Notes: a model not told the origin generated them from the letters alone. DNA of 64,000 nucleotides from Candidatus Ozemobacteraceae bacterium (GCA_965140445.1 OZ223236.1:4928001-4992000); one strand, 5' to 3'. Counted from the stretch's first letter, positions 7,803 to 18,637 are shown. Made by a program: numbers and translations.

Positions 7803-9965
7803 ATGAAACAGATCTTACAAAGCTTGAAATCCGGTAGTATTGAACTTGCTGAAATACCAGTTCCAACTGTAAAAGCAGGAAATCTGCTCATAAAAACAAG
7901 CAAAACTCTCATATCTCTTGGCACAGAGAGAATGTTATTAAACTTTGGTAAAGCCGGTTGGATAGACAAAGCCCGTCAGCAACCAGACAAAGTTAAACAG
8001 GTTTTTCAAAAAATGAAAACTGATGGTCTTATGCCTACAGTAAATGCTGTTTTCAAAAAACTTGATCAGCCATTGGCTCTTGGCTATTCAAATGCAGGTG
8101 TAGTAATCGATGTGGGAAGAGGAGTAACCGATTTTAAAATTGGTGATCGCGTTGTTTCAAATGGTAACCACTCTGAGGTAGTTTGTATCCCTCAGCATCT
8201 CTGCGCCAAAATTCCAGATAATGTTAGTGATACGGAAGCTTCTTTTACTGTAGTTTCCTCTATAGCTCTTCAAGGCATAAGACTTGTTGATCCAACTCTC
8301 GGAGAATCTGTTTGTGTAATGGGGCTGGGATTAATAGGTCTCCTGACCTGTCAGATTCTCAAGGCAAATGGCTGCCGGGTAATAGGATTTGATTTCGACA
8401 CACAAAAGGTTGATATTGCAAAAGACTACGGAGTGGAAGCACACAATCTCTCAGACGGAATAGACCCTGTTGACGCCGCAATGAACTTTTCTCGCGGAAA
8501 AGGTGTTGACGCAGTAATTATTACCGCTGCTACAGCAAGCAATGACCCGGCTCACCAGGCGCCTCAAATGTGCCGTAAACGGGGAAGAGTTGTTTTGGTT
8601 GGTGTTGTCGGTTTAAACCTCTCCAGAGATGACTTTTATAAAAAAGAAATCAGCTTTCAAGTCTCCTGTTCCTATGGCCCTGGAAGATATGACCCTGCCT
8701 ACGAAAACAAAGGACTCGACTACCCGATTGGATTTGTTCGCTGGACCGAGCAACGAAACTTCGAAGCCATATTAGGGCTAATGTCCTCAGGACAGATAGT
8801 AACAAGCAATCTGGTTTCAAAACAGATCCCGCTTTTAAATGCTCAGGAAGCATACAATCTTGTTTCAAGCTCAAAAGACATGCTTGGAATTGTTCTGGAG
8901 TATGATGGAAGTGTAAATCTTGCAGAAAAATCTGTTTTCTTAACCGAAAAAATTGAAATAGATGTTGATCCAGAAGAACCTGTAGCTGGCTTTATAGGTG
9001 CTGGGAACTACGCTGCCGGGACGCTTATTCCTGCATTTAAAGCCGCCCAGGCACACCTTAAAATCATTGCCAGTTCTGGCGGAGTTTCCGGAACACATGT
9101 TGGCAAAAAAAATGGATTCGCCATCAGCACAACTGAAGCGCAAAGAGTCTTTATCGACCCGGAAGTAAATACTGTTGTTATAACAACTCAGCATAATTCT
9201 CATGCCAGATTTGTCATTGAAGCTCTCAACGCCGGGAAAAACGTTTTCGTAGAAAAACCACTTTGCATGACACCTGAGGAGCTAGACGCTGTGGTCGAAG
9301 CCTATCAAAACGCAAGAAATGAAAAAAGTGTTCGGCTAATGGTAGGTTTTAATCGAAGGTTTTCGCCTTTAATTGAAAATTGTAAAAAGGTAGTTTCAGT
9401 TTCAAACGCTCCCTGCAGCATGATCATGACTGTAAATGCCGGGGCAATACCTTGCGATCACTGGACACAGGACATCACTTCTGGCGGTGGACGAATACTT
9501 GGAGAAGCCTGCCACTTTATTGATTTACTTCGCTTTATCGCAGGTTCACCGATTGTTTCGACCAGTTCTACTTTCATGAACGACCCGATAGCATCTGACA
9601 TACCAAAAGATACGGGAAGCATTAGTCTGGTTTTTGAAAACGGTTCTATTGGAACAGTTCACTATTTTGCCAATGGCAACAAAGATTTCCCCAAAGAACG
9701 CCTCGAAATTTTCACAGGCGGCAAAATTCTGCAAATGGATAATTTTAAAGCCCTGAACGCATTTAACGTTCCCGGTTTAAAAGCTCAGACTCTTTGGGCT
9801 CAAGATAAGGGACAACAAGGATGTGTGGACGCCTTTCTCGCTTCGATAAAAGAAGGTCGCGAATGTCCAATTAGCATGGATGAAATAATTGAAGTTTCTT
9901 TAGCAACCTTCAAAGCCGCTGGAATAAACAGGGAAGCTCAAAAGGAATCGGAAGAACTGGATTGA
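7803..9965 (+). CDS. Bi-domain oxidoreductase (MDR dehydrogenase + Gfo/Idh/MocA)
   Basis: GLGLIG and SYGPGRYD in MDR domain; GFIGAGNYA, FVEKPL, GFNRRFSP, GEACHFID in Gfo/Idh/MocA domain. Confidence 0.9.
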   Translation: MKQILQSLKSGSIELAEIPVPTVKAGNLLIKTSKTLISLGTERMLLNFGKAGWIDKARQQPDKVKQVFQKMKTDGLMPTVNAVFKKLDQPLALGYSNAGVVIDVGRGVTDFKIGDRVVSNGNHSEVVCIPQHLCAKIPDNVSDTEASFTVVSSIALQGIRLVDPTLGESVCVMGLGLIGLLTCQILKANGCRVIGFDFDTQKVDIAKDYGVEAHNLSDGIDPVDAAMNFSRGKGVDAVIITAATASNDPAHQAPQMCRKRGRVVLVGVVGLNLSRDDFYKKEISFQVSCSYGPGRYDPAYENKGLDYPIGFVRWTEQRNFEAILGLMSSGQIVTSNLVSKQIPLLNAQEAYNLVSSSKDMLGIVLEYDGSVNLAEKSVFLTEKIEIDVDPEEPVAGFIGAGNYAAGTLIPAFKAAQAHLKIIASSGGVSGTHVGKKNGFAISTTEAQRVFIDPEVNTVVITTQHNSHARFVIEALNAGKNVFVEKPLCMTPEELDAVVEAYQNARNEKSVRLMVGFNRRFSPLIENCKKVVSVSNAPCSMIMTVNAGAIPCDHWTQDITSGGGRILGEACHFIDLLRFIAGSPIVSTSSTFMNDPIASDIPKDTGSISLVFENGSIGTVHYFANGNKDFPKERLEIFTGGKILQMDNFKALNAFNVPGLKAQTLWAQDKGQQGCVDAFLASIKEGRECPISMDEIIEVSLATFKAAGINREAQKESEELD

Positions 9966-9981
9966 GCACAGGAAAAGCTTA

Positions 9982-11646
9982 ATGTTTATTTTCAGACTGT
10001 TTAACACATTAAAATATTTGAAACCAATTCAAATATTTGGTCGCCTAACCTTTCTTTTAAAAAGAAAGTATCTTCCAATCGGAAATCCTGGTGGCTTATG
10101 TGCAAAAGCTATGGAAATAAAACAAAACTCCAGATCTTTGCTCCCCGAAAAAGTCTGCTTCAATTTTTTGAACCATGAGGAATGTTTTCCCATCGAAAAA
10201 ATTCCGTGGACTCTTAATGGAAAAGCAGAGAGCAAAAATATGCCCAAATTATGGCGGTACAAGCTCAATTATTTTGATCGCCTTTCTCTGGAAAACGGAC
10301 AACGCTTTTCACCGGAAAATGAGTTTCTGATTTTGGATTGGATTTCTAAAAACAATGACCCCAAAAAAGAATCATGGGAACCATATCCGACTTCTAAGCG
10401 CATTGTTAACTGGAAAAATTGGCTGGATCTTCACCCGAATATTGAAGAAGTTACGCGAAAATGCATTGAAGACTCCATAATCCTGCAAACTCGCAGACTA
10501 TACTGGGAAATAGAATTTCATAACCAGGCAAATCATTTACTTGAGAATCTCAAAGCTCTATTCAGCACTGCAGTTTATCTTTTTGAAAATAATCCAGATG
10601 CTTTAAATGAGGCCAAAGTCTGGATCGCGTTTTCAGCTCATCATTTAAACCTTCAAATTGACGAGCAGGTTTTGCCAGATGGAGCTCACTATGAGCGAAG
10701 TCCGATGTACCACCTGGAAATGCTTGAAGCTCTGGAAGAAATTGCCATGACCATAAAAAATTCTTCCATAAAAAGCAGCAACGATTTGCCAGCTTCAACC
10801 AAAAAAACAGTTTCTACACTTCACGAAAAAATATATGAGCAAATTCCCGCTATGCTTGAATGGTTAGCTTTAATGACCCACCCGGATGGCTATATTGCAC
10901 TTTTCAACGATGCCAACCTTCTGAAAGGGCGAAATACCCCAGAGCCTCCTGTTGAAGGTAAATCAATAAACTGCCTGATGAAAGATTCTGGATATTTTGT
11001 CAGAATTCATAAGGACTACTATTTTGTTTTAAGTTGTGGAAACCCATCTCCAGCCTACCAGCCGGGCCATACCCATTGCGATATGTTTTCTTTTGAGCTT
11101 TCTATTAATGGCTATAGATGCATTGTTGACACAGGCTGTGGATCATACCAGGATAAGCAGATTAGACACTCCTCCAGAACTACGTCTGCACATAATGTAC
11201 CTATGATTGAGCTTGCCGAGCAGTCAGACATTTGGGGTGACTTTCGAATTGGCAAAAGGGCCCAGATCAAAAAAGTTGATTTTGATTCGGCAACAGGCAT
11301 GCTAAGACTTGAAATGATCGATCAATATGATCAGGAATTTCATAGAGAAATTATTTTTGAAGAGCAAAGAATCAGATTCAGAGATAGGATGTACAACAGG
11401 CGAGTGACCGGAACTTTTTGCTCCAGCCTCCACCTTTCCCCTGATGTTGTTCTATTACCAACAGATGCGGACCATCTATGCTTATCTAACGGATCTGCAG
11501 AGTTTGAAATTTTAACCACAAATCGATCCAGATTTGAGGCATGTTCATATTTCCCGGAATTCGGAAGCAGAATTCAATCTCAGAAATTAATTATAAGTAA
11601 CCATCAAAGTGAGGCGATAGACTATGTCATTACCTGGAAAAGGTAA
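9982..11646 (+). CDS. Heparinase II/III family protein
   Basis: WEPYPTSKR, ANHLLEN, DGAHYERSPMYH, GHTHCD, RTTSAHN. Confidence 0.87.
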   Translation: MFIFRLFNTLKYLKPIQIFGRLTFLLKRKYLPIGNPGGLCAKAMEIKQNSRSLLPEKVCFNFLNHEECFPIEKIPWTLNGKAESKNMPKLWRYKLNYFDRLSLENGQRFSPENEFLILDWISKNNDPKKESWEPYPTSKRIVNWKNWLDLHPNIEEVTRKCIEDSIILQTRRLYWEIEFHNQANHLLENLKALFSTAVYLFENNPDALNEAKVWIAFSAHHLNLQIDEQVLPDGAHYERSPMYHLEMLEALEEIAMTIKNSSIKSSNDLPASTKKTVSTLHEKIYEQIPAMLEWLALMTHPDGYIALFNDANLLKGRNTPEPPVEGKSINCLMKDSGYFVRIHKDYYFVLSCGNPSPAYQPGHTHCDMFSFELSINGYRCIVDTGCGSYQDKQIRHSSRTTSAHNVPMIELAEQSDIWGDFRIGKRAQIKKVDFDSATGMLRLEMIDQYDQEFHREIIFEEQRIRFRDRMYNRRVTGTFCSSLHLSPDVVLLPTDADHLCLSNGSAEFEILTTNRSRFEACSYFPEFGSRIQSQKLIISNHQSEAIDYVITWKR

Positions 11647-12829
11647 GAAAATCCTTATAATTTCTCAGTTTTATTACCCTGATGTTACGGCTTGCGCTTT
11701 TAGAATAAAGGAGACAGTGGATCTTTTATTAGCTAAAGGGCATACTGTTCATGTAATCGCAGGAGAACCTCATAAAGGGCAGATTAAAGGGCAGCAAATA
11801 GATGATGGCAACGCAACCGTCACGAGAGTTAAGCTTTTTAAATACAGCGGCAAGGGAAAATGGAATTATATTCTTCATTATCTTTCATTTATGTTTGGAG
11901 CTGTAGCTGCATCATTTAAGCATCCATCAAGGTTTGATGTGGTATGGGCTTCGAGTCCACCTTTATTTACAGCGATTTCTGGCTATTTTGTATCTCTACT
12001 AAAAAAAGCCACCTTCGCATTGGACATTAGAGATATCTGGCCAGAATCCGCTGCTGTAGCCGGACAAATTTCTCCTGATGGTTTCTTGTTTAAAGCCGCC
12101 AAAAAAGTAGAAAAGTTTGTTTATGATCGTGCCAGTTTGATCACCTGCGTTGCAAAGCCTATGGCATCTTATATTGAGCAAGTGTCTGGTGGAAAAAAGC
12201 CAACCATTATTTACAATGCAATCCCTGGTAGCATGGTCCCAGAAGAAGTTAAACCAATTAATGAATCCCCTGAAAAGTTACAGATTCTATATGTTGGCAA
12301 TATGGGATTTTGTCAAAATCTTTCATTGGTTTTAGATGCAGCAAAAATCCTTCAGGAGAGATCTGAAATAGGAATTGAGTTTCTCATTGTTGGAAATGGA
12401 ATTGAAAAATCCATGCTTGAAAAACGAATAGAAGATGAAGCCATTAACAATGTTGTCATTAAAGGGGTTATACCAAAATCTGAGGCAATAGAATTAATAA
12501 GAACAACTGAAGCTCTTATGCTCCACTTAAAAGATGACGGAACCATGGATAAAACTATCCCCTCAAAGGTTTTTGACTATATGGCAGGTGGGCGCCCAAT
12601 TCTATTTGGATTAAAAGGCGAAGCTTGTGAAATTCTTGGATCAATTGGGGGAAATCTTTACTACGACCCTGCTGATGCTGGTCAGCTTGCTGATCAAGCA
12701 ATAAATTTAAAAAAGAATTACGTAGAGCTGGCAAAAAAAGCGCGAGAAAACCTAAACAAAGTTAAAAGTGAATTTCTTCGTGAACGTATGGTTGATAAGT
12801 TGGAAAAAGTTTTTTTCGACAGGCAATAA
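11624..12829 (+). CDS. Glycosyltransferase family 4 (WbuB-like)
   Basis: SSPPLF, DIRDIWPES, YVGNMG, IPSKVFDYMAGGRPI. Confidence 0.9.
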   Translation: MSLPGKGKKILIISQFYYPDVTACAFRIKETVDLLLAKGHTVHVIAGEPHKGQIKGQQIDDGNATVTRVKLFKYSGKGKWNYILHYLSFMFGAVAASFKHPSRFDVVWASSPPLFTAISGYFVSLLKKATFALDIRDIWPESAAVAGQISPDGFLFKAAKKVEKFVYDRASLITCVAKPMASYIEQVSGGKKPTIIYNAIPGSMVPEEVKPINESPEKLQILYVGNMGFCQNLSLVLDAAKILQERSEIGIEFLIVGNGIEKSMLEKRIEDEAINNVVIKGVIPKSEAIELIRTTEALMLHLKDDGTMDKTIPSKVFDYMAGGRPILFGLKGEACEILGSIGGNLYYDPADAGQLADQAINLKKNYVELAKKARENLNKVKSEFLRERMVDKLEKVFFDRQ

Positions 12830-12845
12830 AGCCATTTAAATAGGA

Positions 12846-12888
12846 AAAAAAATCCCCAGAAACAGGTAAGGTTTCCGGGGATTTTTTT
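12846..12888. terminator. Bidirectional intrinsic terminator
   Basis: AAAAAAATCCCCAGAAAC-N7-GTTTCCGGGGATTTTTTT between convergent genes. Confidence 0.8.
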
Positions 12889-12912
12889 GTCAGGCAATCG
12901 CCTTAAAAAAGC

Positions 12913-15297
12913 TTAATCCTTTCTGGAGTAAAAGCTTTCCAGACGTTCATACCAGGCCCTATGCGATTCTTCTTTAAGCATAAAGTCGAAACTGCCAACA
13001 GCTCTACAAACCTTTATAAAATCACTGAGAAAGTTAAATATAGCGTTAGCAGAAGCTTCTTTAGCAACTAATGATGCATTTTGAGCGTCAATTAAATCGA
13101 GAATATTAACAGCTCCTCTTGTATAAGCGCTTTGAACCAGTTCAAGGGTTTTTGAAGCATAATCGGCTCTGGTCTCAGCTAACTTAATACTAGAATAAGA
13201 TGCACGAGCATCTTCCAAAGTAACTCGTGTATTTAATTCTAGTCGCTGCTTTAAAAATTCCCGGTCATTTTCAAGTTTTTTTACTCCAGCATCAGCTTCC
13301 TTAATTGCCGCTCTTCTATCTCCCCCCTCATGAATAGGAATCGAAACATTTAAACCAACATACCAATCGTTTTTATCTGGAACTTTCAAAATAGACGAGA
13401 ATGGGGCTGGTAAGGACGGTTTAGTATCTCCAACTCCGTTTTCCTTAATTGTTCTGCTAAAGTTGCCCTGCAAAGCTACTGTAGGTGAATCAAACCTGCG
13501 TTTGGCTGACTTATGCATTCTCTTTTGTGCTTTTAAGCCATTATTAATCTGCTGTAGTTCTGGAGAAAAGGCGAATGTGTCCATAACCATGAAATCTCTG
13601 AAAACTTTGTAACCATGAACATTATCAAGATAGGTTGATATCTTTTCAGGATCCAGAACGAATACCCTGGAAAATATGTTGTCATCTGAAGTTGCAAACT
13701 CTTCTTCCTGACCTGCATTTAAAAGCTGATTTAACATAAGTTCTGATTTCTTTCTCATGGCCGAAGCATCAATAATGGCCTGGCGAGCGTTAGTCATCAT
13801 TATTTCCCAACGATAAACCTCAGCCGGTCCTGAAATTCCAACTTGTTCTCTAAACCTGGCTATCTCAAGGTTTGCCCTGGTAACTTCAAGATTATCTCTC
13901 TGAATTGCCATCAATGTTTTTGTTTTAAGAACATTTAAATATGCAATGGCAGCATCACGGATCACGTCAAGAATTAAAGCACGTTCTTCTTCTTTTTTCG
14001 CTGCAAGCATGAACTTCTGAATATCGATTCCTGCATTAGCCTGTTCACTGTATATGACCTGCATTAAATCTGCCCCGATTTTTGTTGTATATTCTGCCGG
14101 AGACATCATGGAATCTGCTCTATCCTTGTCCATTACAACTTCCTGTCCAAAAATACTTAGCTGAGGTCGAAGTCGCGCTTTAGCTCTTTCTATGGATTGC
14201 TTTCCAGCAGACAATTCCTGGTTTTTTGCTGCCAATTGAAGGCTTCTAACAACTGCTTTACTGATAACATCTTTGATACAAAGCTTTCGCTCAATATTTT
14301 TAACATCTTCATTTACCAATTCAGCATCTGTCATCTGCTCAAAGGTTGGATAAACACCAATCTTTCTGGCAGTTTCCATATTAATTGTCAAACGCTCAAC
14401 TTGAGTAAAGCTGGTTTGGAACTCTCCTGGATCTTCGCCTAGAATAATTCTCTGAACATTTAAAGCAATTCTTCTTGCCAGCTTTTGTGTATCAATGTCC
14501 ATGGCAATGCATGCATAAACTCCAGCTTCTACAGAAGTCCTTCCCATCATAGATAGAGTTGGAATCTTTAAATCATTTATTTTTGCAACCAGCTTCTTAA
14601 AATTATCTGGTCCTAATCTGGCTAATGGGCCAAGATATGCGGCTTCGGCACCATTTAGCTGTTTAATTGAAGCATCTATATTATCAGTAACAGCAATAAT
14701 TTTGAGCTTAACTGATTTCTCTTCCGTGGCTTTCTTTAAATACTCAGTCAATTCTGGAATGGCTTCTAGCAGGTAATCTGAAACAAGAATATGCAAAGTT
14801 TTGAATGGAGTTATCTCCTGAAATCTTGCAATATGTTTGGGCAGATCAATGTTTAAATCTGTATAAGCCAGATTTTCAATTCCACTTGCCCCTTCAAAAG
14901 CTGGCAGCTTTTGCATTTTCGCATTAATAATATGAGCTGCAAAAAAAGGCTTTGAATATTTAAGCTGGTGGCTTCCAAGATGAGAAGCTACTGGCCCTAG
15001 CGCGATTACAGCATTAACGCTATTGTCAGCCATCAAGGAATCAATTTCCTTTTTAATTAATTTCTGATTCCATTGTCCATCTTTAATACAGCTTTCTTTT
15101 ATCAAAACACTTGTATCATCAGAAATAAGTTTGGAAATCTCATCTTTTATTGAATCTATCAATTCTGTCATAACGTGAGTTTTCCCATCCATAACAACAC
15201 CCATTTGCAAAATCTTTGCAGAGCCGGGAGTTGTTAAAACGATGGTAAAAAGAACTGCAAATGCAATCTTTGTTAAATAATTACGTGCCGAAATCAT
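12913..15297 (-). CDS. TolC-family outer membrane efflux protein with N-terminal ABC substrate-binding-like domain
   Basis: Signal peptide; about 300-aa type I SBP-like region ending LTINMETARKIG; two OEP repeats (YTRGAVNILDLIDAQ). Start set at the ATG behind GGAGGT. Confidence 0.8.
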   Translation of the reverse strand: MISARNYLTKIAFAVLFTIVLTTPGSAKILQMGVVMDGKTHVMTELIDSIKDEISKLISDDTSVLIKESCIKDGQWNQKLIKKEIDSLMADNSVNAVIALGPVASHLGSHQLKYSKPFFAAHIINAKMQKLPAFEGASGIENLAYTDLNIDLPKHIARFQEITPFKTLHILVSDYLLEAIPELTEYLKKATEEKSVKLKIIAVTDNIDASIKQLNGAEAAYLGPLARLGPDNFKKLVAKINDLKIPTLSMMGRTSVEAGVYACIAMDIDTQKLARRIALNVQRIILGEDPGEFQTSFTQVERLTINMETARKIGVYPTFEQMTDAELVNEDVKNIERKLCIKDVISKAVVRSLQLAAKNQELSAGKQSIERAKARLRPQLSIFGQEVVMDKDRADSMMSPAEYTTKIGADLMQVIYSEQANAGIDIQKFMLAAKKEEERALILDVIRDAAIAYLNVLKTKTLMAIQRDNLEVTRANLEIARFREQVGISGPAEVYRWEIMMTNARQAIIDASAMRKKSELMLNQLLNAGQEEEFATSDDNIFSRVFVLDPEKISTYLDNVHGYKVFRDFMVMDTFAFSPELQQINNGLKAQKRMHKSAKRRFDSPTVALQGNFSRTIKENGVGDTKPSLPAPFSSILKVPDKNDWYVGLNVSIPIHEGGDRRAAIKEADAGVKKLENDREFLKQRLELNTRVTLEDARASYSSIKLAETRADYASKTLELVQSAYTRGAVNILDLIDAQNASLVAKEASANAIFNFLSDFIKVCRAVGSFDFMLKEESHRAWYERLESFYSRKD

Positions 15298-15582
15298 GAT
15301 TACCTCCACTAGAAAATGCCCTTCTACAAAACAAATCTTTTACTTTTTTTTGTTCGCAAAGAGGCTAAACTAATATTTTATAACACCAATAGAATCCACT
15401 TACAATAGGCCATAGCATTTAAAACAGATGACCTTTTTAAAAGCTAATATTGAAAGCATTTTTGATTTGAAATTTGAACATATCTTTATTGCGCAAAAAA
15501 ATGGATGTTTTTTTTAAACAGCCTTGACCTTGCCATGTATAACTCATGTAATATACTTCTACACTATTTTAGAGGTAAACGA

Positions 15583-17739
15583 ATGCAGGATAGATATTTT
15601 CAACAAATAGCTAAGGAACTTGATGTAAATCCATTACAGGTAATGGCAACTTCTCAGCTTCTTGAAGAAGGTGGAACAGTTCCTTTTATAGCAAGATACA
15701 GGAAAGAACGAACAGGCTCTCTTGACGAAGTAAAAATTCAAACAATTCGTGATAGAATTGAGCAGTTTACTGAATTGGATAAGCGTAGAGATTCAATTTT
15801 AAAGTCACTTACCGAAAGAGAATTGCTGACCGATGAGCTTTCAGCTAAAATTGATAAAGCTGAGAATATGACAGTTCTTGAGGACATCTATCTCCCATTT
15901 AGACCCAAAAGAAGAACTAAAGCTACTATCGCAAGAGAAAAAGGCCTCGAACCACTTGCCGAACTTCTATTTGCTCAATCGGTATCTACCGACCCTTCCA
16001 ACGAAGCTCAGAAATATATCAATGCAGAATTAGGTGTAGAAAGCGCTGAAGACGCACTCGCCGGGGCAAGAGATATAATGGCGGAATGGATAAATGAAAA
16101 CCCTGAAGTTAGAAATCAGCTTAGAGCTATTTTCGCTACTGAAGCAGTAATCACATCAAAGGTAGTTAAAGACAAGGAAGAGGCCGGCGAAAAATTTAAA
16201 GATTACTTTGATTGTCAGGAGCCATTAAGCAAAGCCGCTGGACACAGGGTATTGGCTATTTTTCGTGGAGAAAAAGAAGGCATTTTAAAAGTTAGTATTA
16301 AACCAGATGAAGAAAAAGCCATCAAAAGCATTTCAAAGAATTTTAGAAAAGAATTTTGCCCTGCATGGGAACAGGTAAGAATGGCAATAGAAGAATCCTA
16401 TAAAAGAATGCTTTCGTCATCAATAGAAACAGAAACCCGTAAAGAACTTAAAGAAAAAGTTGATATTGAAGCCATTTCTGTTTTTGCATTGAATCTACGC
16501 GAGTTGCTAATGTCGCCTCCATTAGGGCAGAAAGCTGTTCTTGCACTTGATCCGGGCTTCAGAACCGGGTGTAAAACCGTAGCTCTTGATCCACAGGGCA
16601 AATTCCTTTTTCAAACCGTCATTCATGTAACCCAGTCAGAAAAGCTCAAAGAAGAAGCTGCCAAAATTGTAATGGCTCTCTGCCAAAAATTTTCCATTGA
16701 AGCAATTGCAATTGGGAATGGCACCGCAAGCCGAGAAACTGAAGCTTTTATACGCAGCCTGAATTTGCCATCCAATATAGCTGTTGTTGTAGTAAACGAA
16801 AGTGGCGCTTCTATTTATTCGGCATCAGAAGCAGCCAGAGAAGAATTTCCAGATCAGGACCTAACCGTAAGAGGTGCTATTTCAATTGGAAGACGTCTAA
16901 TGGACCCGCTTGCTGAACTGGTGAAAATTGATCCAAAATCCATTGGAGTTGGCCAATATCAGCATGATGTGGACCAGACTATGTTAAAAAAAGGCCTTGA
17001 TGACGTTGTAATGAGCAGCGTTAATAAAATTGGTGTTGAAGTAAATACCTCAAGTAAACAGCTTCTAAGCTATGTTGCTGGTTTAGGGCCACAATTGGCA
17101 AAGAATATAGTCACGTTTAGAGAAGAGAATGGGCCTTTTTCAAGTCGGGCTCAATTGAAAAAAGTTCCAAGACTTGGCCCTAAAGCGTTTGAGCAAGCTG
17201 CGGGCTTTTTGCGAATCAGAAATAGTAAAAATCCTCTTGATGCGAGTGCAGTGCATCCAGAAAGCTATAAAATTGTAGAGCAAATGAGCAAAGACCTCAA
17301 TTGCACCGTAAAAGACCTGCTTGAAAAACCAGAGTTGAGGCAGAAAATAGAGCTTAAAAAATATGTCACTGAAGATTTTGGAATGCCAACTTTACAAGAT
17401 ATCAGAGAAGAACTTGCAAAACCCGGAATCGATCCTCGCGAAAAGTTTGAGCTTTTCTCTTTTGCAGATGGAGTGAATGAAATCACAGATTTACTACCTG
17501 GAATGGAACTTCCGGGCATTGTAACTAATGTGACCAATTTTGGCGCTTTTGTAGACATCGGAGTCCATCAAGATGGACTTGTACATATAAGCCAGCTTGC
17601 TGATAAATTTGTAAAAGATCCATCAGAAGTCGTGAAGGTTCAACAAAAAGTTAAAGTCAGAGTAATGGAAGTAGATGCAAAACGAAAAAGAATTTCCTTA
17701 AGCATGAAAAAAGAGCAGAAAAAAAGAGAAACCTGGTAA
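15583..17739 (+). CDS. tex: Tex transcriptional accessory protein (S1 domain)
   Basis: GGTVPFIARYRKERTG, LDPGFRTGCK, IGVGQYQHDV, C-terminal S1 FGAFVDIGVHQDGLVHIS; start behind GAGGT. Confidence 0.95.
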   Translation: MQDRYFQQIAKELDVNPLQVMATSQLLEEGGTVPFIARYRKERTGSLDEVKIQTIRDRIEQFTELDKRRDSILKSLTERELLTDELSAKIDKAENMTVLEDIYLPFRPKRRTKATIAREKGLEPLAELLFAQSVSTDPSNEAQKYINAELGVESAEDALAGARDIMAEWINENPEVRNQLRAIFATEAVITSKVVKDKEEAGEKFKDYFDCQEPLSKAAGHRVLAIFRGEKEGILKVSIKPDEEKAIKSISKNFRKEFCPAWEQVRMAIEESYKRMLSSSIETETRKELKEKVDIEAISVFALNLRELLMSPPLGQKAVLALDPGFRTGCKTVALDPQGKFLFQTVIHVTQSEKLKEEAAKIVMALCQKFSIEAIAIGNGTASRETEAFIRSLNLPSNIAVVVVNESGASIYSASEAAREEFPDQDLTVRGAISIGRRLMDPLAELVKIDPKSIGVGQYQHDVDQTMLKKGLDDVVMSSVNKIGVEVNTSSKQLLSYVAGLGPQLAKNIVTFREENGPFSSRAQLKKVPRLGPKAFEQAAGFLRIRNSKNPLDASAVHPESYKIVEQMSKDLNCTVKDLLEKPELRQKIELKKYVTEDFGMPTLQDIREELAKPGIDPREKFELFSFADGVNEITDLLPGMELPGIVTNVTNFGAFVDIGVHQDGLVHISQLADKFVKDPSEVVKVQQKVKVRVMEVDAKRKRISLSMKKEQKKRETW

Positions 17740-17755
17740 ACCCAAATAAAAAAGA

Positions 17756-18637
17756 CTACTCAGCCGGAGATTTCTCCGGCTGTTTTTTTTCGGGAAAAAC
17801 CTCTATACGAGTTAAGTGAGCGACCGTTGCACTAACATGGCTGCCAATAAGAATTATACAAGATGATAAATAAATCCAAAGCATAAAGGCGACTACAGCT
17901 CCAAGTGACCCATAAATAAGTCTATAATTGCCAGTTCCCAGCGAAAGGTAGTAGATAAAACCAGCTTTTGTAAACTGAAGAGCTGAAGCGGAGAAAATAG
18001 CCCCGACTAGCGCTTCCCGCCATCTAACGATAACATTTGGAACATATTTGTACAGAATCACAAATAAACTCAACATAAGCCCTATTGGCAGATAATCAAT
18101 CAACATCTTCTGAAATCTTGAAACCTCCGGCAAGTAAGTCTCAAGAAATTTAGGAAAAAACATCGGCAAAATATCTGAAACAGTATTAAAAATGAGGGAA
18201 ATTATTAGAAAAACGATAATAACGCTTATCATCATTAGACCAACAAGTCTTTCCATTAAAAAATGTCGCGTTTTAGAATTGGTCCAGGCAAGATTAATAT
18301 TTTGGGAAAATCCTGCAAAAACAAGGGTGGCCGCCCACAAAAGAACTACTGTTCCAGCAATTCCCACTGTACCACTGGAATGTATCAAATGGCGGATATT
18401 TCCTTTTACCAGATCTTCTGAACCAGGCAGGTTGTCCTGAACAAATTTTAATATCTGTTCCTGAACCTCTGCGCTCTGTAAAAATGATGAATTAAAAGCA
18501 ATAATAAACAAGATTAGAGGGAAAAATGAAAAAATAGCATAATAAGCAATAGCAGCAGCAGCTTCCAGAACTCTTGTTTCGGAAATCCTCTGCCAGAGGT
18601 ATTCTACGACTTCCCAGACAACCTTTAAATGCGACAT
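17756..18637 (-). CDS. YihY/virulence factor BrkB family membrane protein
   Basis: AAAIAYYAIFSFFP, LYKYVPN, YGSLGAVVAFMLWIY; about 6 TM helices. Confidence 0.9.
   Translation of the reverse strand: MSHLKVVWEVVEYLWQRISETRVLEAAAAIAYYAIFSFFPLILFIIAFNSSFLQSAEVQEQILKFVQDNLPGSEDLVKGNIRHLIHSSGTVGIAGTVVLLWAATLVFAGFSQNINLAWTNSKTRHFLMERLVGLMMISVIIVFLIISLIFNTVSDILPMFFPKFLETYLPEVSRFQKMLIDYLPIGLMLSLFVILYKYVPNVIVRWREALVGAIFSASALQFTKAGFIYYLSLGTGNYRLIYGSLGAVVAFMLWIYLSSCIILIGSHVSATVAHLTRIEVFPEKKQPEKSPAE
17761..17790 (+). terminator. tex terminator, embedded in the 3' end of the antisense yihY gene
   Basis: CAGCCGGAGA-TT-TCTCCGGCTG followed by 8 T. Confidence 0.8.

Noticed and set aside
15505..15582. Extended upstream starts in the ORF track (tex here; likewise hit, aphA, the kinase, the ABC ATPase and the last adaptor)
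   Set aside because: Downstream ATGs fit SD position or family N-termini better, and the extensions run through promoters, terminators or neighbouring genes.
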